From: a virus
Lineage: Duplodnaviria; Caudoviricetes
IMG/VR virus record: IMGVR_UViG_3300037419_001779
Span: 1-34,604 of that record
Strand: one strand, 5' to 3'
Length of the DNA stretch: 34,604 bases
Numbering within the stretch: position 1 is the stretch's first letter; every line of letters begins with the position of its first letter. A program made the position numbers and the translations under genes. The notes beneath the pieces were generated by a model. That model ran no database searches, was not told the DNA's origin, and saw nothing but the letters and a program-made list of their open reading frames with translations. Below are positions 1 through 9,160 of the stretch, piece after piece.

Positions 1-127
1 CACGACCTGCCGGAGACCGGCATGACCGTCTACATCCCGCGGCAGACGGCGCTCACCTCGGTCGACATCCAAGCTGCCGAGATGGACACCGTCTCCGATA
101 CCGACTACGACGACGAGCTGATCCCCG
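1..127. repeat. Terminal direct repeat, left copy (identical to 34478-34604); circular assembly overlap
   Basis: CACGACCTGCCGGAG...GAGCTGATCCCCG is identical at both ends, 127 bp. The capsid ORF reads in frame through the join. Confidence 0.95.
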
Positions 128-846
128 TCGCCGTGCGCACGGCGGCCGGTTCACAGACGGTCAGCCGCCAGTCCGCGGAGCGCAGCCTCGGCACCCTCGA
201 CATCACGTTCGAGGACCTCATGCGCTCCTACGACTCGTCCCTCGACAACAAGCTGCTCAACAGCGCGACGTGGGGCCTGCTCGCCGTCGCGAACGCAGTG
301 ACCTACACCTCCGGCGCGCCGACCGCCGCGGAGCTGTTCGTGAAGATCGCGGGCGCCCAGGCCAACGCCGAGGACACGCTGCAGGACGCCGACGAGGACG
401 ACTTCTTCACCCTCATGCGCGGCCGGCGGTGGAGCTGGCTCAAGACCCAGCTCACCGACAAGTGGCCGTTCATGGCCGTCAACGGGCTGCCCGCGCAGGC
501 CGCCGGCGTCAACGACAACGTCGGCTACCAGGCGGGCATCCGCGGCCAGTTGCCCGACGGCGGCGACGTCGTCACCGACAACAACCTGCCGAACAACCTC
601 GGCGCCGGCACCAACGAGGACATCGTCGCCGTCGTCGCTCGGCAGGAGGCCCACCTCTGGGAGGACCCCAACGCGCCGATCTTCATCCGCGCCGAGCAGG
701 GGCCGAACGTGAAGAAGCTCGGCATCGACCTGGTGCTCTACGGCTACTTCGCGGCCTGCTTCGACCGCATCGTCGACGCCCAGGGCACGCCCAAGGCCGT
801 GCACCAGAAGATCACCGGCACCGGCCTGGTGGCCCCGGTCTTCTGA
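1..846 (+). CDS. Major capsid protein, C-terminal part (HK97-like; gene starts at 33887 and wraps, ~478 aa total)
   Basis: Frame 1 continues the ORF from 33887. It follows portal and protease and precedes the neck genes. Confidence 0.88.
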   Translation, partial: HDLPETGMTVYIPRQTALTSVDIQAAEMDTVSDTDYDDELIPVAVRTAAGSQTVSRQSAERSLGTLDITFEDLMRSYDSSLDNKLLNSATWGLLAVANAVTYTSGAPTAAELFVKIAGAQANAEDTLQDADEDDFFTLMRGRRWSWLKTQLTDKWPFMAVNGLPAQAAGVNDNVGYQAGIRGQLPDGGDVVTDNNLPNNLGAGTNEDIVAVVARQEAHLWEDPNAPIFIRAEQGPNVKKLGIDLVLYGYFAACFDRIVDAQGTPKAVHQKITGTGLVAPVF

Positions 847-856
847 TCCCGGTCAG

Positions 857-898
857 CCCGCGGGCCGCCACGGCCACTACCCCGTGGCGGCCTGCGGG
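857..898 (+). terminator. 17-bp GC-rich hairpin after capsid gene (terminator, attenuator or mRNA stabiliser)
   Basis: CCCGCGGGCCGCCACGG (857-873) pairs with CCGTGGCGGCCTGCGGG (882-898), one G-U pair; no U-tract. Confidence 0.55.
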
Positions 899-932
899 TC
901 ACCCCATCCGCACACCCGAAGGAGTCCCCACC

Positions 933-1298
933 ATGTCGAAGTCCAGGAACGAGGCCGCGGCCGAGGCAGCAGCCCAGGCGCGCCGCGAGCACGTCGCCGC
1001 CCTCGAGAAGGAGCGCGCCGGCTACGAGCAGCTCGGCCAGCGCGACCGCGTCAAGCTCGTCGACGAGCAGATCGAGCTCTACTCGAAGGAGCCCAAGGCC
1101 CGCACCGCGACGGCGCCCGACACCGCCGACAGCGCGCCCGCCGCGCCCACGTCGTCGACGTCGAGCAACGACGACGCCAGCACCGCGCCCGCCACGCCGC
1201 CGGCGAAGAAGGCCGCGGCGAACAAGGCTCCGGCGAAGAAGGCCGCGGCGAACAAGGCTCCGGCGAAGAAGGCCGCGGCCGCGCCGCCGAAGGCCTGA
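933..1298 (+). CDS. Small protein with histone H1/HupB-like PAKKAA tail, 121 aa
   Basis: GGAG RBS at 921, ATG at 933. MSKSRNEAAAE...PAKKAAANKAPAKKAAANKAPAKKAAAAPPKA. Confidence 0.8.
   Translation: MSKSRNEAAAEAAAQARREHVAALEKERAGYEQLGQRDRVKLVDEQIELYSKEPKARTATAPDTADSAPAAPTSSTSSNDDASTAPATPPAKKAAANKAPAKKAAANKAPAKKAAAAPPKA
1201..1279 (+). repeat. 30-bp tandem repeat (2.6 copies) encoding PAKKAAANKA
   Basis: CGGCGAAGAAGGCCGCGGCGAACAAGGCTC at 1201 and 1231, partial copy at 1261. Confidence 0.95.
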
Positions 1299-1299
1299 C

Positions 1300-1905
1300 G
1301 TGCCCGAGTACTTCACGCTCCCCGAGCTGCGGGCCCTCCCGCAGCTCGGGGACACCGCCCGCTACCCGGACGCCCGGTGCGAGTCCGCGGCCGCCTGGGC
1401 GGTCGCCGTCATCGAGCGTGAGGTCGGCCAGGTCTCGTTCATCCACCGCGAGCACACCGAGACCCACGACGGCGGCCGCGACAGCATCGTGCTCGAGCAG
1501 CCCTGGGCGCAGAACACCGCCGCCCTCGCCGCCACCGAGAACGGCATCGCGGTCACCGACCAGCTGCGGATCAGCTCCGGCGTGCTGCGCCGGTTCCCCG
1601 CCGGCGGCTACTTCCAGCGCCTCTGGTCGCCCGGGGTCGGGAACGTCGTCGTCACCTTCGAGGCCGGCTACAGCTCGGTGCCGCCCGGAGACATCAAGGA
1701 CGCGGCGCTGCAGCTCACCCGCGAACGCCTGCTCGACACCAACTCCGACGTCTACGGCGACGCCCGCAGCGTTGAGCTGGTCAACGAGATCGGGGGCACC
1801 TCGCGCCGGGGCGAGATCGACGAGGACCACCCGACCGGCATCCCTGCCATCGACAGCGTCATCGTCGGCTACCGGCGCAAGGTCGACGTGTTCGGGTTCG
1901 CCTGA
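1300..1905 (+). CDS. Head-to-tail adaptor (gp6-like connector)
   Basis: Position after capsid. YFTLPELR N-terminus and VTFEAGYSSVPPGDIKDAAL motif are typical of adaptors. Confidence 0.75.
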   Translation: MPEYFTLPELRALPQLGDTARYPDARCESAAAWAVAVIEREVGQVSFIHREHTETHDGGRDSIVLEQPWAQNTAALAATENGIAVTDQLRISSGVLRRFPAGGYFQRLWSPGVGNVVVTFEAGYSSVPPGDIKDAALQLTRERLLDTNSDVYGDARSVELVNEIGGTSRRGEIDEDHPTGIPAIDSVIVGYRRKVDVFGFA

Positions 1906-2399
1906 TGGCCGTCGCGCAGACCGTCGCACCGAAGGTCCGGAAGGCCGTCATCGACGGCGTCAGGACGCACCTGGGCGCGCTCGACGACTTCAACGGCACG
2001 ACGTCGCCGGAGCAGAACGTCGAGGTCTCCTACGGCTTCACGTTCGGCTCGAACCGCGCCGAGAAGGTCTACCTCGGCCGCACGCTCGGCACCACGCCGC
2101 CCGCCGCACTGCGGACCGGCAGGAACGTGCGCCAGGAGGACGGCCAGTTCGAACTCACCGTGCTCGTCAAGCTCGCTGGCATGGGAGCCGAGGCGACTGA
2201 GGACCGGCTCTTCGCGATCGGCGCCGAGATCGAGGACTGGGCCAGCCTGCACAAGTCCGGCGAGGACCTCGGCGTCACCGGCCTGCAGACCCTCGTCGTC
2301 GGGTCCTGGACATCCGACTACGCCGGCATCGAGGGCGGCACCGGCGCCCTCCTGACCTACACCATCCGCTGGACCGCACGCCTGGAAGGAACGCCATGA
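1905..2399 (+). CDS. Neck / tail terminator-like protein
   Basis: 164 aa, coupled to the adaptor gene, upstream of the tail tube gene. Confidence 0.55.
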   Translation: MAVAQTVAPKVRKAVIDGVRTHLGALDDFNGTTSPEQNVEVSYGFTFGSNRAEKVYLGRTLGTTPPAALRTGRNVRQEDGQFELTVLVKLAGMGAEATEDRLFAIGAEIEDWASLHKSGEDLGVTGLQTLVVGSWTSDYAGIEGGTGALLTYTIRWTARLEGTP

Positions 2400-2662
2400 G
2401 GAAGTGGAAGTACGTCGGCCCGCACGACGCCGTCGACATCGCCGGCGTCGGCACCGTCAACCAGGGCGACGAGTTCGAGGCCGACCTCGACCTCGACGGC
2501 CGCCCCGACTTCGAGCTCGTCGACGAGGACCTGTCGAAGCTCACGGTCGAGCAGCTGCGCGCGCGACTCGACGCGCTCAGCATCGACCACGCCGGCATGA
2601 AGAAGCCCGAGCTCCTCGAGGCCCTGACCGCCACCGACGACGCGACGACCGAGGAGGACTGA
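2396..2662 (+). CDS. Small protein with Rho-N/HeH-like helical motif
   Basis: LSKLTVEQLRARLDALSIDHAGMKKPELLEAL; ATGA overlap with the upstream gene. Confidence 0.6.
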   Translation: MRKWKYVGPHDAVDIAGVGTVNQGDEFEADLDLDGRPDFELVDEDLSKLTVEQLRARLDALSIDHAGMKKPELLEALTATDDATTEED

Positions 2663-2663
2663 C

Positions 2664-3650
2664 ATGGGCGTGCTCGACCACCAGCTGATGATCGGCGAGG
2701 AGTCCACCTACGGGACCCCGGTCGTCGTCAACCGCACCTTCGAGTACAACTCCGAGGGCATCGAGGACACCTTCGCCCGCACCGAGGGCGACCCGCTCCG
2801 CAAGGGCCTGCAGGTGCCGCGCTCCGACCGGTTCACGCCGTACTACGCCGGCGGCGCCGGGCCGATCGAGCTCGACGTGATGACCAAGGGCTTCGGCATC
2901 CTGTTCAAGCACATGCTCGGCAGCATCGCCACCAGCGGCCCCACGGACACGGCCTACACCCACACCGCCACCCTCGGCGAGCTGTTCGGGAAGTCGCTCA
3001 CTGTCCAGGTCGCACGCCCGTTCTACCCGTCCGGCACGGTCCAGGCCTTCACCTTCGAAGGCGGCAAGATCACCGAGTGGACGCTGTCCAACAGCGTCGA
3101 GAACAACCTGGTGCTCGAGTGCGGCCTCGACTTCGAGCAGGTCAAGACCGCGACCGCGCTCGCCGTCCCGGCGTACCCGTCGGCGATGGAGAACTTCACC
3201 TGGGCCGGTGGGTCGATCCTCGTCGGTGGCGCCGACGTCGGGTTCTGCGTCAACGAGATCTCCATCGCAGGCAACAACAGCCTCAACGTCGACCGCCGCT
3301 GCATCAGTAACGGCGCCGACAAGAAGGAGCCCGCCATCAACGGGCGCCGCGAGATCACGTTCAGCCTGTCCGGTGACTTCGCCTCCAACGCCCACCGCGA
3401 CCGGGCTGCGGCGCTCACCGCGGCCGGTGCGCTCGCCGAGATCAAGGCGGCGTGGATCGCGCCGACGCTGATCGGGACGACGACGTACCCCAAGGTCGAG
3501 GTCACCCTCGGCACGGCCCGGTTCGACGAGTGGAAGGCTTCGGCTGGCGGCGCGGAGGGCATCCAGCAGGAGCTCACCGGCGTGGCCCGCGACAACGGCG
3601 TCGTGCAGCCGATCTCGATCGCGTACACGACCGCCGACACCACGCCCTGA
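2664..3650 (+). CDS. Major tail (tube) protein
   Basis: 328 aa; IGEESTYGTPV N-terminus; Thr/Gly-rich; GAGGAGG RBS; upstream of chaperone and tape measure. Confidence 0.82.
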   Translation: MGVLDHQLMIGEESTYGTPVVVNRTFEYNSEGIEDTFARTEGDPLRKGLQVPRSDRFTPYYAGGAGPIELDVMTKGFGILFKHMLGSIATSGPTDTAYTHTATLGELFGKSLTVQVARPFYPSGTVQAFTFEGGKITEWTLSNSVENNLVLECGLDFEQVKTATALAVPAYPSAMENFTWAGGSILVGGADVGFCVNEISIAGNNSLNVDRRCISNGADKKEPAINGRREITFSLSGDFASNAHRDRAAALTAAGALAEIKAAWIAPTLIGTTTYPKVEVTLGTARFDEWKASAGGAEGIQQELTGVARDNGVVQPISIAYTTADTTP

Positions 3651-3654
3651 ACCG

Positions 3655-4089
3655 ATGGGCCTGACGATCGTCACCGGGCCGCCGTGCGCGGGCAAGTCGA
3701 CCCACGTCGACGAGCAACGGCAGCCCGGCGACGTCGTCATCGACTTCGACCGGATCGCGGCCGCCCTCGGCCACGACGGCGACCAGGTCGACTGGTCGAA
3801 GGACTCCTCGCACCGACACCTCGCCCGCGTCGCGCGCGCCGCGGTCCTCAAGACGGTGCTCGCCGGCGACCTGCGTGACCGCACGGTGTGGGTCGTCGAG
3901 ACGAACCCGGAGCGTTGGCAGGTCGCCGCGTACCGCCGCGCGGGAGGGACCACGGTCGAGCTCGACCCGGGCCGCGACGAGTGCCATGCCCGCGCCGCAG
4001 CGGCCGACCGCCCCGCTGCGACACATGGCGAGATCGACACCTGGTATGACCAGCACAGGCCCGCCGCGGCCGAGGAGTACTTCGCGTGA
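3655..4089 (+). CDS. Small P-loop NTPase / kinase-like protein
   Basis: Walker A IVTGPPCAGKST followed by VVIDFD; 144 aa. Confidence 0.75.
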   Translation: MGLTIVTGPPCAGKSTHVDEQRQPGDVVIDFDRIAAALGHDGDQVDWSKDSSHRHLARVARAAVLKTVLAGDLRDRTVWVVETNPERWQVAAYRRAGGTTVELDPGRDECHARAAAADRPAATHGEIDTWYDQHRPAAAEEYFA

Positions 4090-4493
4090 GGGCCGACTTC
4101 CGTGTCCGAGGAGACGACGAAGCCGCACGCGCACTCGGCCGGATCGGCGACGGTCTCGACGAGGCTCTGGTCGACGCGTCCGACAAGGTCGCCGAGGTCG
4201 TCGAGCACGCCGCCGCTGGCAAGGCCCGCGGCCTCGGTGGAGTCGCCGCCAAGTCCGCCCCGGCGCTCGGGACCCAGCGTGGGAGCGACGCGGCCGCTGT
4301 CGTGCTCGACGGCAACGCCTACCCCTTCGCTCCTGGCGCCGAGTTCGGATCGATCGCCTATCCGCAGTTCGACGCCTGGCGCGGCCAGGAGGACGGCTAC
4401 TTCCTCTACCCCGCGATCCGCGAGACCGAGGACCAGAACGTGCAGACCTTCGTCGACGCCGTCGACGACCTCATCAACCGCGCCGGGTTCTGA
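4086..4493 (+). CDS. HK97 gp10-like tail completion protein
   Basis: RVRGDDE N-terminus, YPFAPGAEFGS and YFLYPAIRE motifs; GTGA overlap. Confidence 0.65.
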   Translation: MRADFRVRGDDEAARALGRIGDGLDEALVDASDKVAEVVEHAAAGKARGLGGVAAKSAPALGTQRGSDAAAVVLDGNAYPFAPGAEFGSIAYPQFDAWRGQEDGYFLYPAIRETEDQNVQTFVDAVDDLINRAGF

Positions 4494-4517
4494 CCCGGCA
4501 CCACCCAAGGAGCCCCC

Positions 4518-4913
4518 TTGAGCAACACCCAGCGCCCGTCGTTGCAGCGCAAGCACACCCGCAAGACCATCGAGAAGCAGGACGCCGAGCTCGACCTGGG
4601 CATCGCGGTCACCGACGACGACGGCGTGCGGCTGCAGGTCCGAGTGCGCGACGTCCGCGGAAGCCACGACGCCAAGCTGTACGCGCTGATCGGGCACAAC
4701 TTCATGGGCCTGCTCGAGGAGATCGGGAAACGACCCCACGCGCTCGACCTCCTCGCCGCGGTGCTCTGGTTCTGCCGCTTGGTCAACGGCCGCGACCCAG
4801 GCGACTTCGCCGAGCTGCTCGACGAGTTCGGCTACGAAGACGTCCTCAGCCTGGATCCGGGCGATCCGGTCGAGGAGGACGACGCCCCAAAAGAGCCCGC
4901 CAGCAGCTCCTAG
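4518..4913 (+). CDS. Tail assembly chaperone (G-like)
   Basis: AAGGAG RBS, TTG start, directly upstream of tape measure; slippery site near the 3' end. Confidence 0.75.
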   Translation: MSNTQRPSLQRKHTRKTIEKQDAELDLGIAVTDDDGVRLQVRVRDVRGSHDAKLYALIGHNFMGLLEEIGKRPHALDLLAAVLWFCRLVNGRDPGDFAELLDEFGYEDVLSLDPGDPVEEDDAPKEPASSS

Positions 4914-5038
4914 AGCGGCTGCCTGACTTCTCGATCCTGTACGGCCTCACGCCGGCCGACATCGACGAGATGACCAACGCCGAGGTGGCCGTGTACGAAC
5001 GCGACCTCGCCGAGCGAATCCGACAACAGAACAGCTGA
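4886..5038 (+). other. -1 programmed frameshift site C CCA AAA (4886-4892) and GT-like extension ending at 5038
   Basis: X XXY YYZ heptamer in the correct frame. The -1 frame stays open: KRARQQLLERLPDFSILYGLTPADIDEMTNAEVAVYERDLAERIRQQNS. Confidence 0.75.
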
Positions 5039-5071
5039 GCCCCGCGCCCGGGGCCTCCAGGAGGTGGTCCT

Positions 5072-6823
5072 GTGTCTCGTCAGGTCGTCGTGGAGTTCCT
5101 CGGTGAGGACAAGTCCCTGTCCCGCACCGCCGACACCGCAGAGGGTCGGATGGGGCGGCTCGGCGGGACGATCGCGAAGGTCGGCAAGCTCGCCGCCGTC
5201 GGCGCCGCTGCCGGGTTCGCCGTCGCCGGCGTCGCGCTGTTCAAGATGGCCCAGGGAGCAGCCGAGGACGCGGCCGGCCAGGCCCGGCTCGCCAAGGCTC
5301 TCAAGAACAGCACCGGAGCCACCGACGCCCAGGTCGCCAAGGTCGAGGACTGGATCAGCGCCCAGGGCAAGGCGCTCGGCGTCGCCGACGACCAGCTGCG
5401 CCCCGCCCTCGAGAAGCTCGCCGGCGCCACCAAGAACGTCGGCCAGGCGCAGCGGCTCACCTCGCTCGCGATGGACGTCTCCGCCGGCACCGGCAAGTCG
5501 CTCGAGCAGGTCTCCAACGCGCTGATGAAAGCCCAGAACGGCCAGGTCGCCGGTCTCTCCAAGCTCGGGATCTCGACCAAGGACGCGGCCGGGAAGACGA
5601 TCGACTTCGAGGAGGCCCAGAAGCGGCTCGCCGCCCTGCACAAGGGCCAGGCCGCGACCAACGCGAACACCCTCGAGGGCAAGATCGGTCGGCTCAAGCT
5701 GATCCTGTCGGAGACCGGCGAGACGATCGGCTCGAAGCTGCTTCCCGTCGCGACCGAGCTCGCCGACTGGTTCCTCAACGAGGGCCTTCCGAAGATCGAG
5801 GCCTTCGGCGACTACCTGAGCCAGACCCTGCCGCCCGTGTTCGAGCGGATCAAGCAGGTCGTCTCGACCGTGCTCGGCGCCCTGCAGGGCGACGTCGGAA
5901 GCAACTTCGACGGCATCAAGGCGATCTTCACCGACGCCGTCTCGATCATCACCACGCTGTGGAACACGTTCGGCTCCACGATGGTGAGCTACCTGCAGAG
6001 CACGTTCGAGAACTTCAAGACGATCATCAGCGGCGCCTTCACGGTGATCCAGGGGATCTTCCAGACCGTCTCGTCACTGCTCAAGGGTGACTGGTCCGGG
6101 GTGTGGGACGGCATCAAGCAGATCCTCTCGGGTGCGCTCGACATCCTGCAGGGGCTCGTGGGCCAGCTCTGGAACACCATCAAGACCGCGTTCACCAGTG
6201 GCGGCATCGCCCTGCGGGGGATCTTCAGCGGCCTGTGGGACGGCATCAAGGATCTCGCCAGCTCCGGCGTCTCGTGGGTCGTCGACCAGTTCACCGCACT
6301 CCCCGGGCGCCTGCTCTCGCTCGGCGGCAGGCTCCTCGAGGCCGGAAGGACCCTCATCGGCAAGCTGTTCGAGGGCCTCGGCAAGCTCGGCTCGATCGGC
6401 GTTGAGATGGGCCAGAACATCTGGGAGGCGGTCAAGTCGGCGATCAACGCCGGCATCCGCAACGTGAACAACATCCTCCCGAACAAGATCGGCATCGGCC
6501 CGGCCTCCATCGACCTGCCCGACAACCCGATCCCCATGCTCGCCCGCGGCGTGTCCTCGTTCCCTGGCGGGTACGCCGGCGTCGGCGAGCACGGCCGCGA
6601 GCTCGCTGCCCTGCCCGCCGGGTCCCGGGTCTACCCGCACCACCGCACCGAGGCGATGTACGCCTCCGCGCGGCGAGGCGCCGAGTCCGCCAGCGGGAGC
6701 CTGCCGCCGATCATCATCCAGGGCGCGCTCGACCCGATCGCGGTCGGGCAGCAGGTCGAGAAGGTGCTCATCGAGTACGCCCGCTCCATAGGCCGGCCCC
6801 TCCAGCTGCAGGTCGGTGCCTGA
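5072..6823 (+). CDS. Tape measure protein, 583 aa
   Basis: AGGAGG RBS; Ala/Gly-rich helical sequence with W/F-spaced repeats (WDGIK); C-terminal VGEHGRE motif. Confidence 0.9.
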   Translation: MSRQVVVEFLGEDKSLSRTADTAEGRMGRLGGTIAKVGKLAAVGAAAGFAVAGVALFKMAQGAAEDAAGQARLAKALKNSTGATDAQVAKVEDWISAQGKALGVADDQLRPALEKLAGATKNVGQAQRLTSLAMDVSAGTGKSLEQVSNALMKAQNGQVAGLSKLGISTKDAAGKTIDFEEAQKRLAALHKGQAATNANTLEGKIGRLKLILSETGETIGSKLLPVATELADWFLNEGLPKIEAFGDYLSQTLPPVFERIKQVVSTVLGALQGDVGSNFDGIKAIFTDAVSIITTLWNTFGSTMVSYLQSTFENFKTIISGAFTVIQGIFQTVSSLLKGDWSGVWDGIKQILSGALDILQGLVGQLWNTIKTAFTSGGIALRGIFSGLWDGIKDLASSGVSWVVDQFTALPGRLLSLGGRLLEAGRTLIGKLFEGLGKLGSIGVEMGQNIWEAVKSAINAGIRNVNNILPNKIGIGPASIDLPDNPIPMLARGVSSFPGGYAGVGEHGRELAALPAGSRVYPHHRTEAMYASARRGAESASGSLPPIIIQGALDPIAVGQQVEKVLIEYARSIGRPLQLQVGA

Positions 6824-6824
6824 C

Positions 6825-9146
6825 ATGGCCGCCCCCCTGCAGCTCACTGTCGAGGTCGCGTTCAACGCCGGCTACCGGACGGCCGCCTCGGCCCGGACGT
6901 GGACCGACCTGACCGACTACGTCGAGGGCCAGAGCAAGATCACGATCGGCTACGGCCGCTCCGACGAGCTCGGCAATGCCGACGCGAACCGGTGCAACGT
7001 CTCCTTCGACAACAGGGACGGCCGGTTCACCCTCGACAACCCGGCCTCGCCGTACTACCCGAACGTTCTGATCGGGCGTCCGCTGCGCGTCCTGCTCGGC
7101 GTCGCGCCCAACCCGGACTTCGAGGTCGACCTCACCGGATGGTCGGCCACCAACGCCGCCCTCGCGCGGGTCACGACCCCGGTCCGCTCCGGCGTCGGAG
7201 CAGCGCGGCTCACAGCGTCCACCGCCGCCACCATGGCCGCCGTCACGCCCACGGGGACCTCGGCGCAGCCCGTCGTCCCGTTCAAGGTGCTCGTGATCGG
7301 CGCATGGTTCCGGGCCGCCACCGCGGCGCGCACCTGCAACGTCAAGGCGACCTGGTACAACGCGGCAGGATTGCCGATCAGCACGGTCACCGTGGCGACC
7401 GGAACCGACTCGACGGCTGGCTACACCCGGATCCGCGGGGAAGTCACCGCACCCGCGAACGCGGCCTTCGTCAGTCGCCAGCTCGAGGTCGTCAGCCCGG
7501 CGGCAGGAGAGATCCACTACGTCGACGACCCCGAGCTCTCGCGGTACCGGTTCTGCGGGTACGTAGACAGCTGGCCGGTCGAGTTCCCGGGCGGCAGCGA
7601 GAGCTACGCGACCGCTAGCGTCAACGCCTCCTCGCGCATGTCCCGGATCGGGTTGGACTCTCCTCGAGCGCATCCCCTCGACGACACCATCACCACCGAC
7701 CTCGCGGCCAGCTACTACTGGCCCATCACCGAGGCGAAGGACGCGCCTGCAGCGTCGGAGATCCGCCAGCGAGCTCCCGGCCTCAAGCTCGAACCTCTCG
7801 ACCCCGCCTACGGTGTCCTCGAGTTCGGCGCCGGCGGCAAGACCGAGGACCCCGACGACCTCGGCGACGGCCGGCCGGCGCTCAAGATGACCACCCTCAT
7901 CCTCCCCGGTCGCCAGGGGGAGGCGATCGTCCGCAACCTCCCCACGCCGCTCCCGACCAGTGGAGCGATCACCATCGGCGTGTTCGTGAAGGTGCTCTTC
8001 CCCGTCACCACCGGAGGCGCCTACTACAGCTTCCTGTCGGCCGGGAGCCCCGCCTACACCGTCATCGACCTGCCGCTCTCGAATGCCACCTACCCGCCCG
8101 GCTCGATCCCGGCCGAGCTGTCGGGCACGCACTTCCTCGCCTACGTCTTCGAGCGGACCTCGCCGTCGGCGATCGCGTTCACCATCTACCTAGACGGAGT
8201 CGCGATCGACTCTGGCTCCTCCCTCGCCGGCACCATCGACGACGTCTCCCAGATCCGCGTGGCGCCCCCTCGCACCGCCGCCACCGGCGCCAACGACCTG
8301 ATCGTGGGCCGCCTCGGCGCATGGTCGCGCAAGCTGACCCCAGCGGAGCTCCAGCTCATCACCCGAGCCGGCCTCGCGGCCTACTCCGGAGACACGACGG
8401 CGGAGCGCTTCACGCGCTACGCCGGCTGGGCCCGGATCGCTGCAGGCGAGTTCGTCTCGCCCAGCACTGGGATCCCCGTCAGCGGAGTGCCGCTCGCCGG
8501 CGGCCAGATCCTCAGCCTGATGCGCCAGATGGAGACCACCGAGGCCGGCGTCCTTCACGACGATCGGGAAGGCCGCCTGGTGCTCGAGGCGAGAAGTGCA
8601 CGCTACGCAGCCCCCACCGCTCTGACCATCGACGTGGGAGCGCAACTGATCGGCCGGGACTACGCGCCGAAGGGAGACCGGCAGGGGCTCGCGAACTACG
8701 CAACCGCTAAGAACGCCCTGGGCACGGTCGAGGTCACCGTCACCGACGAGGCCTCGCGCAACGAGTACGGCGACGCGACCTACTCCGTCGAGACCCACGC
8801 CCTGGACCCAGATGAGCCGTTGCAGCTCGCGTCTGCCCGCATCAGCGCCTACAGCACACCGAAGGCCCGGGTCCCCTCCGGCACGATCGAGATCCTCGAC
8901 TGGACGGGACCTGACCTCGCTGCGGTGCTCAGCCTCGACATCGGGTCCAAGGTCACCCTGACCAACCGTCCCGCGGCCGCCGGTCCGAGCACCGTCGAGC
9001 ACTTCGTCGAGGGCTACACCGAGACGCTCACCCCGTTCCAGGGGTCCATCGCGCTCAACCTCTCGCCGAGCGCCCCGGTTGGGGACTACCTCGTCCTCGA
9101 CAGTGCGATCGACGGGGTGCTCGACCAGAACCGAATCGGCCTCTAG
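6825..9146 (+). CDS. Large minor tail / baseplate protein with CBM-like and LamG-like insertions
   Basis: First gene after tape measure. N-terminal WTDLTDYV..ITIGYGR..FDNRDGRF. NPDFEVDLTGW...YVDD is CBM4/9-like; YYWPITE...IYLDGV...W..KLT is LamG-like. Alternative start at 6816. Confidence 0.75.
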   Translation: MAAPLQLTVEVAFNAGYRTAASARTWTDLTDYVEGQSKITIGYGRSDELGNADANRCNVSFDNRDGRFTLDNPASPYYPNVLIGRPLRVLLGVAPNPDFEVDLTGWSATNAALARVTTPVRSGVGAARLTASTAATMAAVTPTGTSAQPVVPFKVLVIGAWFRAATAARTCNVKATWYNAAGLPISTVTVATGTDSTAGYTRIRGEVTAPANAAFVSRQLEVVSPAAGEIHYVDDPELSRYRFCGYVDSWPVEFPGGSESYATASVNASSRMSRIGLDSPRAHPLDDTITTDLAASYYWPITEAKDAPAASEIRQRAPGLKLEPLDPAYGVLEFGAGGKTEDPDDLGDGRPALKMTTLILPGRQGEAIVRNLPTPLPTSGAITIGVFVKVLFPVTTGGAYYSFLSAGSPAYTVIDLPLSNATYPPGSIPAELSGTHFLAYVFERTSPSAIAFTIYLDGVAIDSGSSLAGTIDDVSQIRVAPPRTAATGANDLIVGRLGAWSRKLTPAELQLITRAGLAAYSGDTTAERFTRYAGWARIAAGEFVSPSTGIPVSGVPLAGGQILSLMRQMETTEAGVLHDDREGRLVLEARSARYAAPTALTIDVGAQLIGRDYAPKGDRQGLANYATAKNALGTVEVTVTDEASRNEYGDATYSVETHALDPDEPLQLASARISAYSTPKARVPSGTIEILDWTGPDLAAVLSLDIGSKVTLTNRPAAAGPSTVEHFVEGYTETLTPFQGSIALNLSPSAPVGDYLVLDSAIDGVLDQNRIGL

Positions 9147-9160
9147 GAACGGAGCATCCC

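Noticed and set aside
1201-1279. CRISPR-like array
   Set aside because: The repeats are contiguous with no spacers and are in-frame coding repeats; no cas genes are present.
3655-4089. ParA partner for the ParB proteins
   Set aside because: Its Walker A is kinase-type (GPPCAGKS), not the deviant KGGxGKT, and the protein is too short.
2577-4739. Long antisense and alternate-frame ORFs (e.g. 720 aa here, 32807-34549, 19856-21361)
   Set aside because: Shadow ORFs expected from high GC3. They overlap well-supported genes and show no motifs.
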